A stretch of DNA of 64,000 nt from assembly GCA_003450735.1 (NCBI GenBank), contig DMEZ01000037.1:2263-66262 (forward strand). Direction: 5' to 3'. Under the pieces are notes generated by a model. The model saw only the letters and a list, made by a program, of their open reading frames with translations, ran no database searches and was not told where the DNA came from. Both the position numbers and the translations under genes were made by a program. The stretch comes from Elusimicrobiota bacterium. GTDB taxonomy: Bacteria; Elusimicrobiota; Elusimicrobia; UBA1565. Of this stretch, positions 9,950-18,601 are shown piece after piece; the first letter of the stretch is position 1; each line of letters starts with the position of its first letter.

Positions 9950-10124
9950 TTATCCCCATGTTCTTCAGGCACATTGGCATCGACTACTCCGGCGCCGAGG
10001 CATCGACAAGCCGGCTGAATGGGTTTCCGGATTTCCTTGTCTCACCGACCGAGGGACATTCAGCCATTGCCGCGGCGACCAGTCTCAATGAAGGGATACC
10101 CAGCAAGTTGCCGAAGACCCATAT

Positions 10125-11402
10125 ATGACCACTATAGAATTGAAGCTTGTTCATGATGTTGAGTCTACCTATCACGCTCCCTATCGCGGAGCAGTTATCG
10201 GTGAGCCCATTAGTCACCTCCTAGTTGAAGCAGTCGAAGCAGCTCGTAATAAGGACATATACAGAGCGAAAGCAGATTTTAAGGCAACGTTCAAACTGGT
10301 CAAAGACGCTCGCGATACGGAATGGGTTGTAAATCGGATATTTAATAGCGCCAAGCTTTTTATCTTAGACGGTAATCACCTTGCTGCGTTGGACATGTTC
10401 GAATTGGCCCAAAAGGCTTTAAGAAGAATGGCTGTAGGTTTGGGTGACGAGAGAGCCCGGATGGTGATGGGAATCCGTTGTTGCTGCGCTATTACTAGAG
10501 GAATTCATCAGTGGGTCATCGGCGACTATAAGTCGGCGGAAAAGGCTTTTTCGTCGGCACGCGAACTCGTGGGAGTGAAGAGGGAGAATCTCGAGGATTT
10601 GGCGTTCTTCTTCAATAAGCAATTCACCCTCTTCTGGGTTGACCGTGAAATCGCGCGCTTACCTACGCTAAGTGGGCTTGCCAGGGCTACCCGACTTCTT
10701 TGGGAGGTTTCGTCACCCATCGAGAGAGAAGCCGCTACTGAATTGAAGGCCAATAGGCTCACGCACAAAGATTGGATTATAGATTTGGCAAATCTGCGGA
10801 ATGGGCTCACTGCCCTGCGCTCTCTTGTGGAAGGCTATCCTTTTGAAAAGGATTGTCTGGCTGGGATCGAGCCGATCTTTGCTCGTAATGGGATTCGCCG
10901 TCGCATATCCATCTTTACATGCATTGCTGAGAAATTGTGTGTTTTGCGTGCCCTTCGGCGCATTTGCAAATCTCCTGAGGGCATCCCTATTGAGCGCCAG
11001 CGTGCATGGCTTAGAAGCCTTGGGATGCCACGGAAGAGAAATACGGCGCCACAAGGAGGACATGATGAGGATGTGACGTTTGCTGGGATGTTGACATCCA
11101 AGCAGAAGGCATCCGCCGCGGGGCCGGACCCAGTAGCAATTTTGCGGGGCAGGGGGCTGGGCCTAAAATCGATCGACGTTGCCAGAGAACTCCTGCGTCA
11201 TGTCGAGCAGAAGGCAATTCCAGGCAGGATTGAAATTTCGTGGGACAACTTCAAGTACCATCGCCAAAGGCTTTATGGTCACTTTGGAGTTCACTCGCGA
11301 GATGCTCTGCGGAGGATATTGTCGGGTCTGCCCAACATGTCAGTCGACACATTCCTTCGACAAGGCCCGCGCGCTTTCGCCAAGAAGTCTGCTGGCTCAT
11401 AG
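10125..11402 (+). CDS. Hypothetical protein (425 aa, helical)
   Basis: Long ORF in the low-GC island with protein-like composition. Confidence 0.5.
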   Translation: MTTIELKLVHDVESTYHAPYRGAVIGEPISHLLVEAVEAARNKDIYRAKADFKATFKLVKDARDTEWVVNRIFNSAKLFILDGNHLAALDMFELAQKALRRMAVGLGDERARMVMGIRCCCAITRGIHQWVIGDYKSAEKAFSSARELVGVKRENLEDLAFFFNKQFTLFWVDREIARLPTLSGLARATRLLWEVSSPIEREAATELKANRLTHKDWIIDLANLRNGLTALRSLVEGYPFEKDCLAGIEPIFARNGIRRRISIFTCIAEKLCVLRALRRICKSPEGIPIERQRAWLRSLGMPRKRNTAPQGGHDEDVTFAGMLTSKQKASAAGPDPVAILRGRGLGLKSIDVARELLRHVEQKAIPGRIEISWDNFKYHRQRLYGHFGVHSRDALRRILSGLPNMSVDTFLRQGPRAFAKKSAGS

Positions 11403-11797
11403 AAGCCTCTGAGCTCAAGTTCGGCCCCGACTTTGGCGCAGAGCGAATCCCCCAGCGGTCGTGGGTCTAAGCTGTCTGAAAGGACATAAAGCACTAGCTG
11501 CCCTTTGTCTTTCTGCGGGTCGAACATCAGCAGTCTAGTGCTAATCGTGTGACCTGCAAGATAGAACACAGTATCTCTTGATTCGCCGTATCTCTCCCGC
11601 GGAACGCTGTAGCATCCATCGTCAATCGAATATAGTTCGCGGCCACCGCGCTTGAGAATTGTCCTCCACAAATCCCCATAGGCGATAGAGGCCCCGCCGA
11701 TGCCATCGTTCGAATAAACTACACACATTGGGCGTAATTGCGGTAGATCTTCGATTCGGTGCCCCAGCCGCGGTCGTTGAGTTTTGTAAACCATCAT
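11291..11797 (-). CDS. Hypothetical protein
   Basis: 168-aa ORF. Its 3' end overlaps the convergent gene 10125-11402 by 112 nt, so one of the two calls may be wrong. Confidence 0.35.
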   Translation of the reverse strand: MMVYKTQRPRLGHRIEDLPQLRPMCVVYSNDGIGGASIAYGDLWRTILKRGGRELYSIDDGCYSVPRERYGESRDTVFYLAGHTISTRLLMFDPQKDKGQLVLYVLSDSLDPRPLGDSLCAKVGAELELRGFYEPADFLAKARGPCRRNVSTDMLGRPDNILRRASRE

Positions 11798-11947
11798 AGT
11801 TCAACGTAGAGCCTACTCTTAAGCATTGTGGCGATTTGACGCATAGTTAAGCATGGGTAGGACCAGGGTAGTCTGTCCTATCCACTAACTGCCTAGGCCC
11901 TCCTGGGCTTGCTGCTGTAGACTGTTTCCTAGTTGCGAATTGAGAGG

Positions 11948-12106
11948 ATGACAAAGAAACAACGCAAGCAGCAGGAGGAAATCATGACGCCGAAGAGCGC
12001 TAATGTGCTGCCACGATGGTTGGAAGTGAACATCTACGAGAAACCGATGCCCCAACCGTTGTCGCCGAAACCTTCGAGGGTGCCCGACCTGCGCCTTGGC
12101 CGCTGA
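11948..12106 (+). CDS. Small basic ORF (52 aa, MTKKQRKQQEE...)
   Basis: Not in the ORF track because it is under 60 aa. GAGAGG RBS before the ATG. Confidence 0.25.
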   Translation: MTKKQRKQQEEIMTPKSANVLPRWLEVNIYEKPMPQPLSPKPSRVPDLRLGR

Positions 12107-12169
12107 CTGCTAGCGCAAGTTATGGATAGTAGGCTCTGGTGGACTAAAGCGTACTAGGAGGCGGACAAC

Positions 12170-12328
12170 ATGGCCAAGATGATCACCCAGACTCAAGCCA
12201 TCGTGAAGTGCCTCAGGCTCGATCTGCTCACAGCGGCCAAGTTGCTCGGTGCTCTGTTGGAGCCGGAAAAGGCTGAGCTTGCTCGGTTCTGCGCCAGAAG
12301 GCTAGGCAAGAAGCTGATGCCTTACTAA
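12170..12328 (+). CDS. Small ORF (52 aa, MAKMITQTQAIVKCLRLDLL...)
   Basis: AGGAGG RBS 6 nt upstream of ATG 12170. Under 60 aa, so absent from the ORF track. Confidence 0.3.
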   Translation: MAKMITQTQAIVKCLRLDLLTAAKLLGALLEPEKAELARFCARRLGKKLMPY

Positions 12329-12383
12329 AGGGAAGGGGATGGAAGTAGTTTGGTTCAAACCACAAATGTGATGGGGCTAAATC

Positions 12384-12830
12384 ATGGAAGACAACAAGAC
12401 GCCGGAGACAAACAGCAAGAAGTCCCTGGAAGAACGCGCAGATGAAATTGCCGGTGTCACCGAACAGATAATCGACCGTGTGGAAGTGCGAGCCGGAATG
12501 CGGGAACTTCACAAGGCAATCATCGAAGCGCTCACAAGAGTCGCAGAGGAGCACGGGTTCACTTACCTCCCGAGTAGACTCCGGTTTGACGAAATCTCGG
12601 CTTCCGGACGCATGGCCTTCGTCGTCAAGGGAAGGGAATCCGAGTTGGCAGCCCGCACCACCGGCGCTAGCAGTTGCGGACTGAAGGTCGGTGACGTGGT
12701 CATTGGGAGGGGGCGGACCGCCGTTCGATACCGAGTGGCTGGGTTCGCCCGTGTCAATGTCAGGCTTGAACGCCTCAGCGACGGGGAGAAGTTCCTGGCG
12801 AAGCCCCGGGCACTTGAGAAAGTCGGATGA
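12384..12830 (+). CDS. Hypothetical protein
   Basis: 148-aa ORF with natural composition. The competing antisense 248-aa ORF is low-complexity junk. Confidence 0.5.
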   Translation: MEDNKTPETNSKKSLEERADEIAGVTEQIIDRVEVRAGMRELHKAIIEALTRVAEEHGFTYLPSRLRFDEISASGRMAFVVKGRESELAARTTGASSCGLKVGDVVIGRGRTAVRYRVAGFARVNVRLERLSDGEKFLAKPRALEKVG

Positions 12831-12893
12831 GAGTAGCGTGCCCGTTGCCGGAGACGATGATGCAAGAAACAAGTTGTCATAAAGGAGGAGACC

Positions 12894-13199
12894 ATGATGT
12901 ACATAACGCTGGCCCAGATCGTAAGCACCATTCCGCGCGTACGGCCGCACGGTGAGAGGCCGGATCACAACCACTGTGAACTATGCAATCAAGGCTGCGG
13001 TAGCAGAGGGCAGTGCCCCTACTGCGGCCGAGAGGCAGGAGAGCATTGCTGGAACAGACTGTGGGGGTGCTGTAAGGCGTGTGGCAATGTCATCGATTAC
13101 TACTTGAAGCCGTCGGTGTCGTTCGGTGCCAGCCCGAACTCTCAGATGCCTCCGCTATCCATGCCCGTTGATGATTGGACTTCCATTTTCAGGCGGTAG
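12894..13199 (+). CDS. Cys-rich zinc-ribbon-like protein (about 12 Cys in 101 aa; CELCNQGC...CPYCG...CCKACG)
   Basis: AAAGGAGGAG RBS. Its stop abuts the ATG of the ATPase gene at 13200. Confidence 0.5.
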   Translation: MMYITLAQIVSTIPRVRPHGERPDHNHCELCNQGCGSRGQCPYCGREAGEHCWNRLWGCCKACGNVIDYYLKPSVSFGASPNSQMPPLSMPVDDWTSIFRR

Positions 13200-14498
13200 A
13201 TGATTATGGAAATCAACCAGTCAGACAGATCCCCTACACCAATGGAGCTGCCTGCGACCACTCCTTTCGCCCCAGCAATCCCTCCAGGAATCCAGGGGCA
13301 ATCAATGCCACGGCCAATCATCTGCGATGAGCGGAGGTTTCAGGAAGCCCTCAAAACTCTGAAGCGAAACAATCTTTTGGTATATCCGGCCATCCAACAC
13401 CTGATAGCCGTCTTAGGCGAGAATCCGTTGGATCCGCAAGCCAATCAGTTCCTTGCATTGATTCTGGCTCGAATCAGAATGCAAGAGGAGCAGTTTGGCA
13501 TTAATCCGTTTGGTGACCCGCCACCGCCGGGCGCTCTCGCCGGCGAATTCTCTCTGGGCTGTTCTTCGCCCGATGCCCCATTGTGCAGGCACGGGCTTCT
13601 CCTGCCTGAGTTGGCACAGAACATCATCATTGCAGGCATCCAAGGAGCTGGGAAGTCGAACCTCCTTCACAACATCGTGCTGCATAATCTCGAAAACCCT
13701 CAAATCCGCTTCACGATAATGACAAAGAAGCCTGATGAGCGCGGTCTGATTAAAATGACGAGGCAGCCGATTATCGTCGTTACAAAAACAGATCCCATTA
13801 ACCATCTTGACGGCATGGGCCTTCCGCAAGACCGCCATGCCCTTACAACCGCAATGGATTTCACTTTCTCAAACAGGATTTGGCTCGGCCCTGAGGCAGT
13901 CCTATCTGAGGTTATTCAGCGTTTGAGTGAGAAGATCGGAGCCCCGCCAACATGGTCGGAAGTCAGGGGATACATCAAGGCAATGCGGAAGAGTGACCGG
14001 GCCATGATGGCGTATCTTGCTTCGCTTGAGATCAAGATCGGATTGCTCATTCGAGCGATGAGAGAATCCGTTAACTGCAGGAGAGGCCTAGACTTAAGGT
14101 CAACAATAGGTTTTCACCGCATCATAGAGCTACCGCTTGATTGGCCGGCTGAAGTCCGCAGGTTCCATGTCCAGCATATTCTGTCCTGGGAATTTCATTT
14201 CCGCCGGGCATGGTTTGCCACCCTGACAGAGGAAGAGATTCAAAAGGTCCCATTCGCTGTCTTCGTCATAGACGATGGACATGAGTATTTCTGCGAAGAG
14301 ATGCAGCAGACAAGGCGTGAGAGTCTGCCGCCGTTTTATGAGCTTTTTACCGGTGCTAGGGCCTACAAGATGGCCTTCATCATCGCTACGCACACCCCAG
14401 AGGGGTTATCAAAGGTTTTATGGGGATGCCACGGGACAACGCTTAGCCTGCGTCTAGTAAACCAGCTCGGACGAAATCGTGTTGCCGAGGTGCTTTGA
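13200..14498 (+). CDS. FtsK/HerA-superfamily P-loop ATPase
   Basis: Walker A IIIAGIQGAGKSNLLHNIV resembles the FtsK pattern hhAGxTGSGKS. Walker B-like AVFVIDDGHEY. ATHTPE resembles the FtsK/HerA ATQ motif. Confidence 0.7.
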   Translation: MIMEINQSDRSPTPMELPATTPFAPAIPPGIQGQSMPRPIICDERRFQEALKTLKRNNLLVYPAIQHLIAVLGENPLDPQANQFLALILARIRMQEEQFGINPFGDPPPPGALAGEFSLGCSSPDAPLCRHGLLLPELAQNIIIAGIQGAGKSNLLHNIVLHNLENPQIRFTIMTKKPDERGLIKMTRQPIIVVTKTDPINHLDGMGLPQDRHALTTAMDFTFSNRIWLGPEAVLSEVIQRLSEKIGAPPTWSEVRGYIKAMRKSDRAMMAYLASLEIKIGLLIRAMRESVNCRRGLDLRSTIGFHRIIELPLDWPAEVRRFHVQHILSWEFHFRRAWFATLTEEEIQKVPFAVFVIDDGHEYFCEEMQQTRRESLPPFYELFTGARAYKMAFIIATHTPEGLSKVLWGCHGTTLSLRLVNQLGRNRVAEVL

Positions 14499-15301
14499 TG
14501 AAGAACGAGCAGATCGATGATTTGTTGAAACGACTGCCTCCGGGGGCGGCCGTGCTTTCGCATCCCCGATGGCCAAGGCCCATCCCGGTTGTTAACTCTC
14601 TGATTGATATGCCGAAGGTGACCGATGATGAGTTGCAGACTTACATGAAGCCGTTTTGGGATCACTTTAAGCCCGAACTCGCTCTGCCTGTCGAGAAGCC
14701 TGCTGAAGATTCCATGTCGACGGAACTGAGGCAGTTGATGATGGAAATCGCAAATCATCCTGGCAGATCGTCAACGGAGTATTACAAATCACTTCAGTGG
14801 CCTGCTTCGAAAGGTAACAGGGCAAAGGGCCAATCGGAGTCCTTACAGCTAATCAAATGCCACCCAATCAAACTGGTGCGTCGCGGAGGATCAGTCGAAG
14901 CGATAGAGCTGTTGCCTCTAGCATATGAAAAGCTTGGCCTGACTCCGGCAAAGCACCAGGGGAAAGGCGGTTTCGTCCATCGCTGGTGGGTTGCCCGCCT
15001 GATGCAGCACCTTGCTTCCATGAAACCTGTCATCGAGTTCGAGCTGAACGGAAAGGCCGTTGATTTGGGTGTTGAAACAGCCGATGGCTGGCTAGCATTC
15101 GAGGTGCAGCTCGATTGCAAAGAAGCATTGGTTCGGGACCTTTTGACAAAGGATATCTACGCAGGTTTCTTTGGCGTCTTTCTTCTTGTTCAGACAAAAG
15201 ACGAAGTCGAGCAGGTTAAGAAGATCATAACGGACATGGGATTCGAAGGCGGAGCGGATGTGAAACTTCTGACCGGGATCTACAACAAAGAGGAGGAGTG
15301 A
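14495..15301 (+). CDS. Protein with C-terminal restriction-endonuclease-like (Mrr-cat-type PD-(D/E)xK) fold
   Basis: ATGA start overlaps the ATPase stop. VDLGVETADGWLAFEVQLD...FLLVQTKDE fits a D...E...QxK catalytic arrangement. Confidence 0.55.
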   Translation: MMKNEQIDDLLKRLPPGAAVLSHPRWPRPIPVVNSLIDMPKVTDDELQTYMKPFWDHFKPELALPVEKPAEDSMSTELRQLMMEIANHPGRSSTEYYKSLQWPASKGNRAKGQSESLQLIKCHPIKLVRRGGSVEAIELLPLAYEKLGLTPAKHQGKGGFVHRWWVARLMQHLASMKPVIEFELNGKAVDLGVETADGWLAFEVQLDCKEALVRDLLTKDIYAGFFGVFLLVQTKDEVEQVKKIITDMGFEGGADVKLLTGIYNKEEE

Positions 15302-15302
15302 G

Positions 15303-15488
15303 ATGATGATAACCAAAGAGAAACTGCAGGTGATCAAAGTTCACGTCGAGGGGGAGGAGTATTCTCAGACTCGCTACATCTACTCCAAGGACGGAGTCGA
15401 TGTCATGGGTGTCCTCGAGAAGGCCTTTCCGTCGACGGGCGGACAGAAAACGCGAGGCAGGAAGGCTCGGAAGTCTGTCGAGAAATAA
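15303..15488 (+). CDS. Small basic protein (61 aa)
   Basis: GGAGGAG RBS. Starts 1 nt after the preceding stop. C-terminal KTRGRKARK. Confidence 0.45.
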   Translation: MMITKEKLQVIKVHVEGEEYSQTRYIYSKDGVDVMGVLEKAFPSTGGQKTRGRKARKSVEK

Positions 15489-15555
15489 ACCCGGCCTCAT
15501 GCCGACGGTCCCATTCCTCCGGGAGTGGGACTAGGGGATGCGGTTGGAGGCAACT

Positions 15556-15768
15556 ATGACTAAGAAACTCATAACAGTAGATGAACTCTCGATTTACCTC
15601 AGCCTGCCGAAAGCCACCATCTACACCTGGGTCTGCCTCAAGAGAATCCCTGGCGTGGTGAAGCTCGGGAGAGCCGTTCGCTTCGACCTGGCAGCCATCG
15701 ACCGCTGGATAGCCGAGAATGGGGCCTCACAGGAAGACCCCTACGAACCGAAGAAATCCGCTCGCTAG
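15556..15768 (+). CDS. xis: AlpA-like excisionase / helix-turn-helix DNA-binding protein
   Basis: MTKKLITVDELSIYLSLPKATIYTWVCLKRIPGVVKLGRAVRFDLAAIDRWI. GGAGG RBS 5 nt upstream of ATG 15556. The ORF track starts at an upstream ATG 15538. Confidence 0.75.
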   Translation: MTKKLITVDELSIYLSLPKATIYTWVCLKRIPGVVKLGRAVRFDLAAIDRWIAENGASQEDPYEPKKSAR

Positions 15769-15813
15769 GCGGTAAGAGGGGGAATATCTCAGGCCCGACT
15801 GCGTATACGGGAT

Positions 15814-16854
15814 ATGGGAAACATCCGACTAAGAAACAAAATCTGGTGGATCGACTACCGCCACGACGGCCGTCGCATCCGTGAGAGCGTCGGCCCCTCC
15901 AAGTCCCTTGCCCAGAAAGTTCTAGCCAAGCGCGAGACCGAGATTGCAGAGGGCAGGTTCTTTCCCCAAAAGCGCTCTTCCCTGCCCATGACCTTCAGCC
16001 AGATGGCCGAGAAGTGGTGGCAGCTTCATGGCAAGCATTTGCAGTCCAGATCAACCAGGTATCTCGTTGACAAACTGCTGTCCGTGCTCGGCGACAAGCG
16101 CCTGCACGAAATCCAAGTCGATGATTTGCAGCGGTACTACAACCTGCGCTGCGAGGACAGCAGCCCTTCGACAGCCAATAAATACCTAGCCCTCATCTCC
16201 GAGATATACAGTGCCGGCGAACGATGGAACGATTTCAATGGCAGGAATCCCACAAGGGGGGTGAGAAAGCAGCGTTGCGAGAACCCTCCTGAGCGGTTCC
16301 TAACCGAGTCCGAAGTCCGGGCCCTCCTGTCTGCCTGCCACTCTCGGATATTCCCAATCGTCGCCTGCGCGCTCATGACAGGCATGCGGAGGGGCGAAAT
16401 CCTCGGAATGCGCTGGGAGCACATAGACCTCGAGCGCAACCTAATCTATATCCTCAGATCCAAATCCGGCAAGAGGCGGGAGATTCCCCTGGCCCCCAAA
16501 CTCAAGGATCTCCTGCTATCGCTTGGGCCCTGCCTTACAGGGCCGGTCTTTAGCGTGCCCGTGATCACCCTCAGGAGGTACTTTAAAAGGGCCCTGAAGG
16601 CCTCTGGGATCGCCGTATGCCGCTTCCATGACCTCAGGCATACCTTCGCTTCCCACTTCCTCATGCGTACGGGCAACTTCCCTACCCTCCAGCGCGTCCT
16701 GGGCCACGCCTCTCCCCGGATGACTCAGCGCTACGCGCACCTGGCTCAGGACTACATGCAGAACGAGATGCTTCGCTTTGACCAGGCCCTACAGATAGGG
16801 CTGGAGCTTGATGCCGATGGTCACAAAATGGTCACAAACCAGGTTTCGGCGTGA
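15814..16854 (+). CDS. int: Tyrosine site-specific integrase (phage-type)
   Basis: C-terminal catalytic region HDLRHTFASHFLMRTGNFPTLQRVLGHASPRMTQRYAHL carries the R...HxxR...Y signature. N-terminal SAM-like domain. Confidence 0.9.
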   Translation: MGNIRLRNKIWWIDYRHDGRRIRESVGPSKSLAQKVLAKRETEIAEGRFFPQKRSSLPMTFSQMAEKWWQLHGKHLQSRSTRYLVDKLLSVLGDKRLHEIQVDDLQRYYNLRCEDSSPSTANKYLALISEIYSAGERWNDFNGRNPTRGVRKQRCENPPERFLTESEVRALLSACHSRIFPIVACALMTGMRRGEILGMRWEHIDLERNLIYILRSKSGKRREIPLAPKLKDLLLSLGPCLTGPVFSVPVITLRRYFKRALKASGIAVCRFHDLRHTFASHFLMRTGNFPTLQRVLGHASPRMTQRYAHLAQDYMQNEMLRFDQALQIGLELDADGHKMVTNQVSA

Positions 16855-16893
16855 TTTGCCCTCATCAAATTGTAGTTGTAAAATAAGGTGAAA

Positions 16894-16966
<73 letters not shown>

Positions 16967-17037
16967 CCCTCTCGAAAGTCCCGCCCCGCAACGGCGGGAT
17001 TTTCATTTACGCCGGCATGGTACAATGTCTTCATCCG

Positions 17038-17277
17038 ATGAGCCCGACGGTATTCCGGTACCGGAAATACAGGTTCTATTTCTTCTCCCGAGAGGAAACG
17101 CGTGTGCATGTCCACGTAACCTGCCCCGACGGAGAGGCGAAATTCTGGATCGAGCCGGGTATCTCTTTGGCGCAGAACTACGGCTTATCCCAAAGGCAAG
17201 TCAAAACGCTGATGCGAGTGGTCGAGGAGCACAAGGATGAAATCACGAGCGCGTGGCGCGAACACTTCAGCCGCTGA
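17038..17277 (+). CDS. DUF4160 domain protein
   Basis: MSPTVFRYRKYRFYFFSREETRVHVHV...EAKFWIEP. The ORF track starts at an upstream GTG 16888 that overlaps the tRNA, so a start at ATG 17038 was chosen. Confidence 0.6.
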   Translation: MSPTVFRYRKYRFYFFSREETRVHVHVTCPDGEAKFWIEPGISLAQNYGLSQRQVKTLMRVVEEHKDEITSAWREHFSR

Positions 17278-17566
17278 AGTCCAGGGCATCACCGCCCAAG
17301 GCATCTGGATCTACGTCCAAGGCAGCGAGTATTTCCTGAATCATCAGGACTACCCTTGGTTCAAAGGCGTGAGCGTCGAATCGATATTCAACATGGTTTT
17401 GCTGCACGGCCATCACCTGCATTGGCCGGATCTGGACGTCGATCTGGAGTTGGAATCCTTGAGGAGCCCAGAGAAGTATCCCTTGAAGTCCGCGGTGCTC
17501 CACGCAGCCGTGGCAGAGAAGCCCCGGGCTTACCGAAAGGGCCGCAGCCGACCAGTCCGCGCCTGA
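17237..17566 (+). CDS. DUF2442 domain protein
   Basis: GIWIYVQGSEYFLNHQDYPWFKGVSVESIFNMVLL...HWPDLDVDL. Classic DUF4160/DUF2442 gene pair. Confidence 0.6.
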   Translation: MKSRARGANTSAAEVQGITAQGIWIYVQGSEYFLNHQDYPWFKGVSVESIFNMVLLHGHHLHWPDLDVDLELESLRSPEKYPLKSAVLHAAVAEKPRAYRKGRSRPVRA

Positions 17567-17609
17567 CCACCCATCAGCCAGCCCCGGCGCCTCCACCACT
17601 TTTACGCGC

Positions 17610-18209
17610 TCAGAGCCTCTTGCCGCGCCGGAGCAGGAAGAACGCGATGCCGGCGCAGAGGACGACGGCCCCAAGGGCGGCCCCGATCCTCAGGCGGCGC
17701 TTCGCGCGGACGTCCTCCTCCGCGGCCTTGAAGAAGGCGTTGTCCCGGACCAAGAAATTGCCGACCTCGTCCTTGAGAGCGCCCGTCTGCTCCTGGAGAT
17801 GCAGACTGCGGGAAAGCTCGATCGTGCGGGCGCTGACCTCCTGCAGGTCTTCTTTTTCGAACGCGCCGGATTTCTGTTTGGCGATGGAGGCCAGCCCCAG
17901 CGCATTGAACATCTGCTGACTGACCTGGGCGCTCTGGATATCCTTGCTGACGTCCTCCAGGCGATCGAAGCAGGACATCGCTTCCGAGATCATCGCCTCC
18001 CTGTCCCGTGCGAAGCGGCCTAAATCTCCGTCCTGGGTATAGCGCCGCTCGAGGCTCTCGAAACGCGCGAGCATGTCCCGCGCCTCCGCCATGGCTTCGA
18101 GAGCGGCCCGCTCCTCCAACCCCTGGCGCACCCTTCGTCCGACGGGGTCGTCCTTCAGGTCCGCGGCCGAAGCGGGAGCGAGCAGGAGCCACAAGACCAG
18201 CATCCTCAT
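17610..18209 (-). CDS. Exported helical protein with signal peptide and C-terminal transmembrane anchor
   Basis: MRMLVLWLLLAPASAADL signal peptide. C-terminal IGAALGAVVLCAGIAFFLL. The overlapping 214-aa R-rich ORF (17602-18246) is rejected. Confidence 0.5.
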   Translation of the reverse strand: MRMLVLWLLLAPASAADLKDDPVGRRVRQGLEERAALEAMAEARDMLARFESLERRYTQDGDLGRFARDREAMISEAMSCFDRLEDVSKDIQSAQVSQQMFNALGLASIAKQKSGAFEKEDLQEVSARTIELSRSLHLQEQTGALKDEVGNFLVRDNAFFKAAEEDVRAKRRLRIGAALGAVVLCAGIAFFLLRRGKRL

Positions 18210-18261
18210 GGCCCGATGTTAGCTCATTTCGGAAGGCCGCCGCCAAAACCCCGGGCCCGCA

Positions 18262-18600
18262 ATGGTATCATACCCGCCGAAGATGACCGCCGACCACCTG
18301 CTCTTCCTGCTGGCCCCGACCCTCGCGATCACCGCCGTGATCGCCGTGCCCGTGCTCCTGTTCTTTCTGCGCAAGCGGAAATGGCTCCTGCGCCTGGGAG
18401 GCGTCCTCCTGGCCATGGGGTTCCTGGCGCCGCTGCTGCTGCAGGCGTTCTTCGACCATCCGGGGGACCGGAGCGACATCGGCATGAAGGGCACGATCCT
18501 CATGCTCGTCTTCTTCCCCGCGGGGCTCCTGGTGCTGGGCCTCGGGCTCCTCTGCCCGCGGCCCCGCACGCCTCCACCCGCCCGCGGGGTTTTCTTGTAG
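18262..18600 (+). CDS. Small membrane protein (start 18262 or 18283)
   Basis: Three hydrophobic helices. Confidence 0.35.
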   Translation: MVSYPPKMTADHLLFLLAPTLAITAVIAVPVLLFFLRKRKWLLRLGGVLLAMGFLAPLLLQAFFDHPGDRSDIGMKGTILMLVFFPAGLLVLGLGLLCPRPRTPPPARGVFL

Positions 18601-18601
18601 A

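Noticed and set aside
17602-18246. 214-aa minus-strand ORF rich in Arg/Gly/Pro overlapping the 17610-18209 gene
   Set aside because: Low-complexity composition typical of an off-frame read-through of high-GC DNA. The alternative frame gives a plausible signal-peptide protein.
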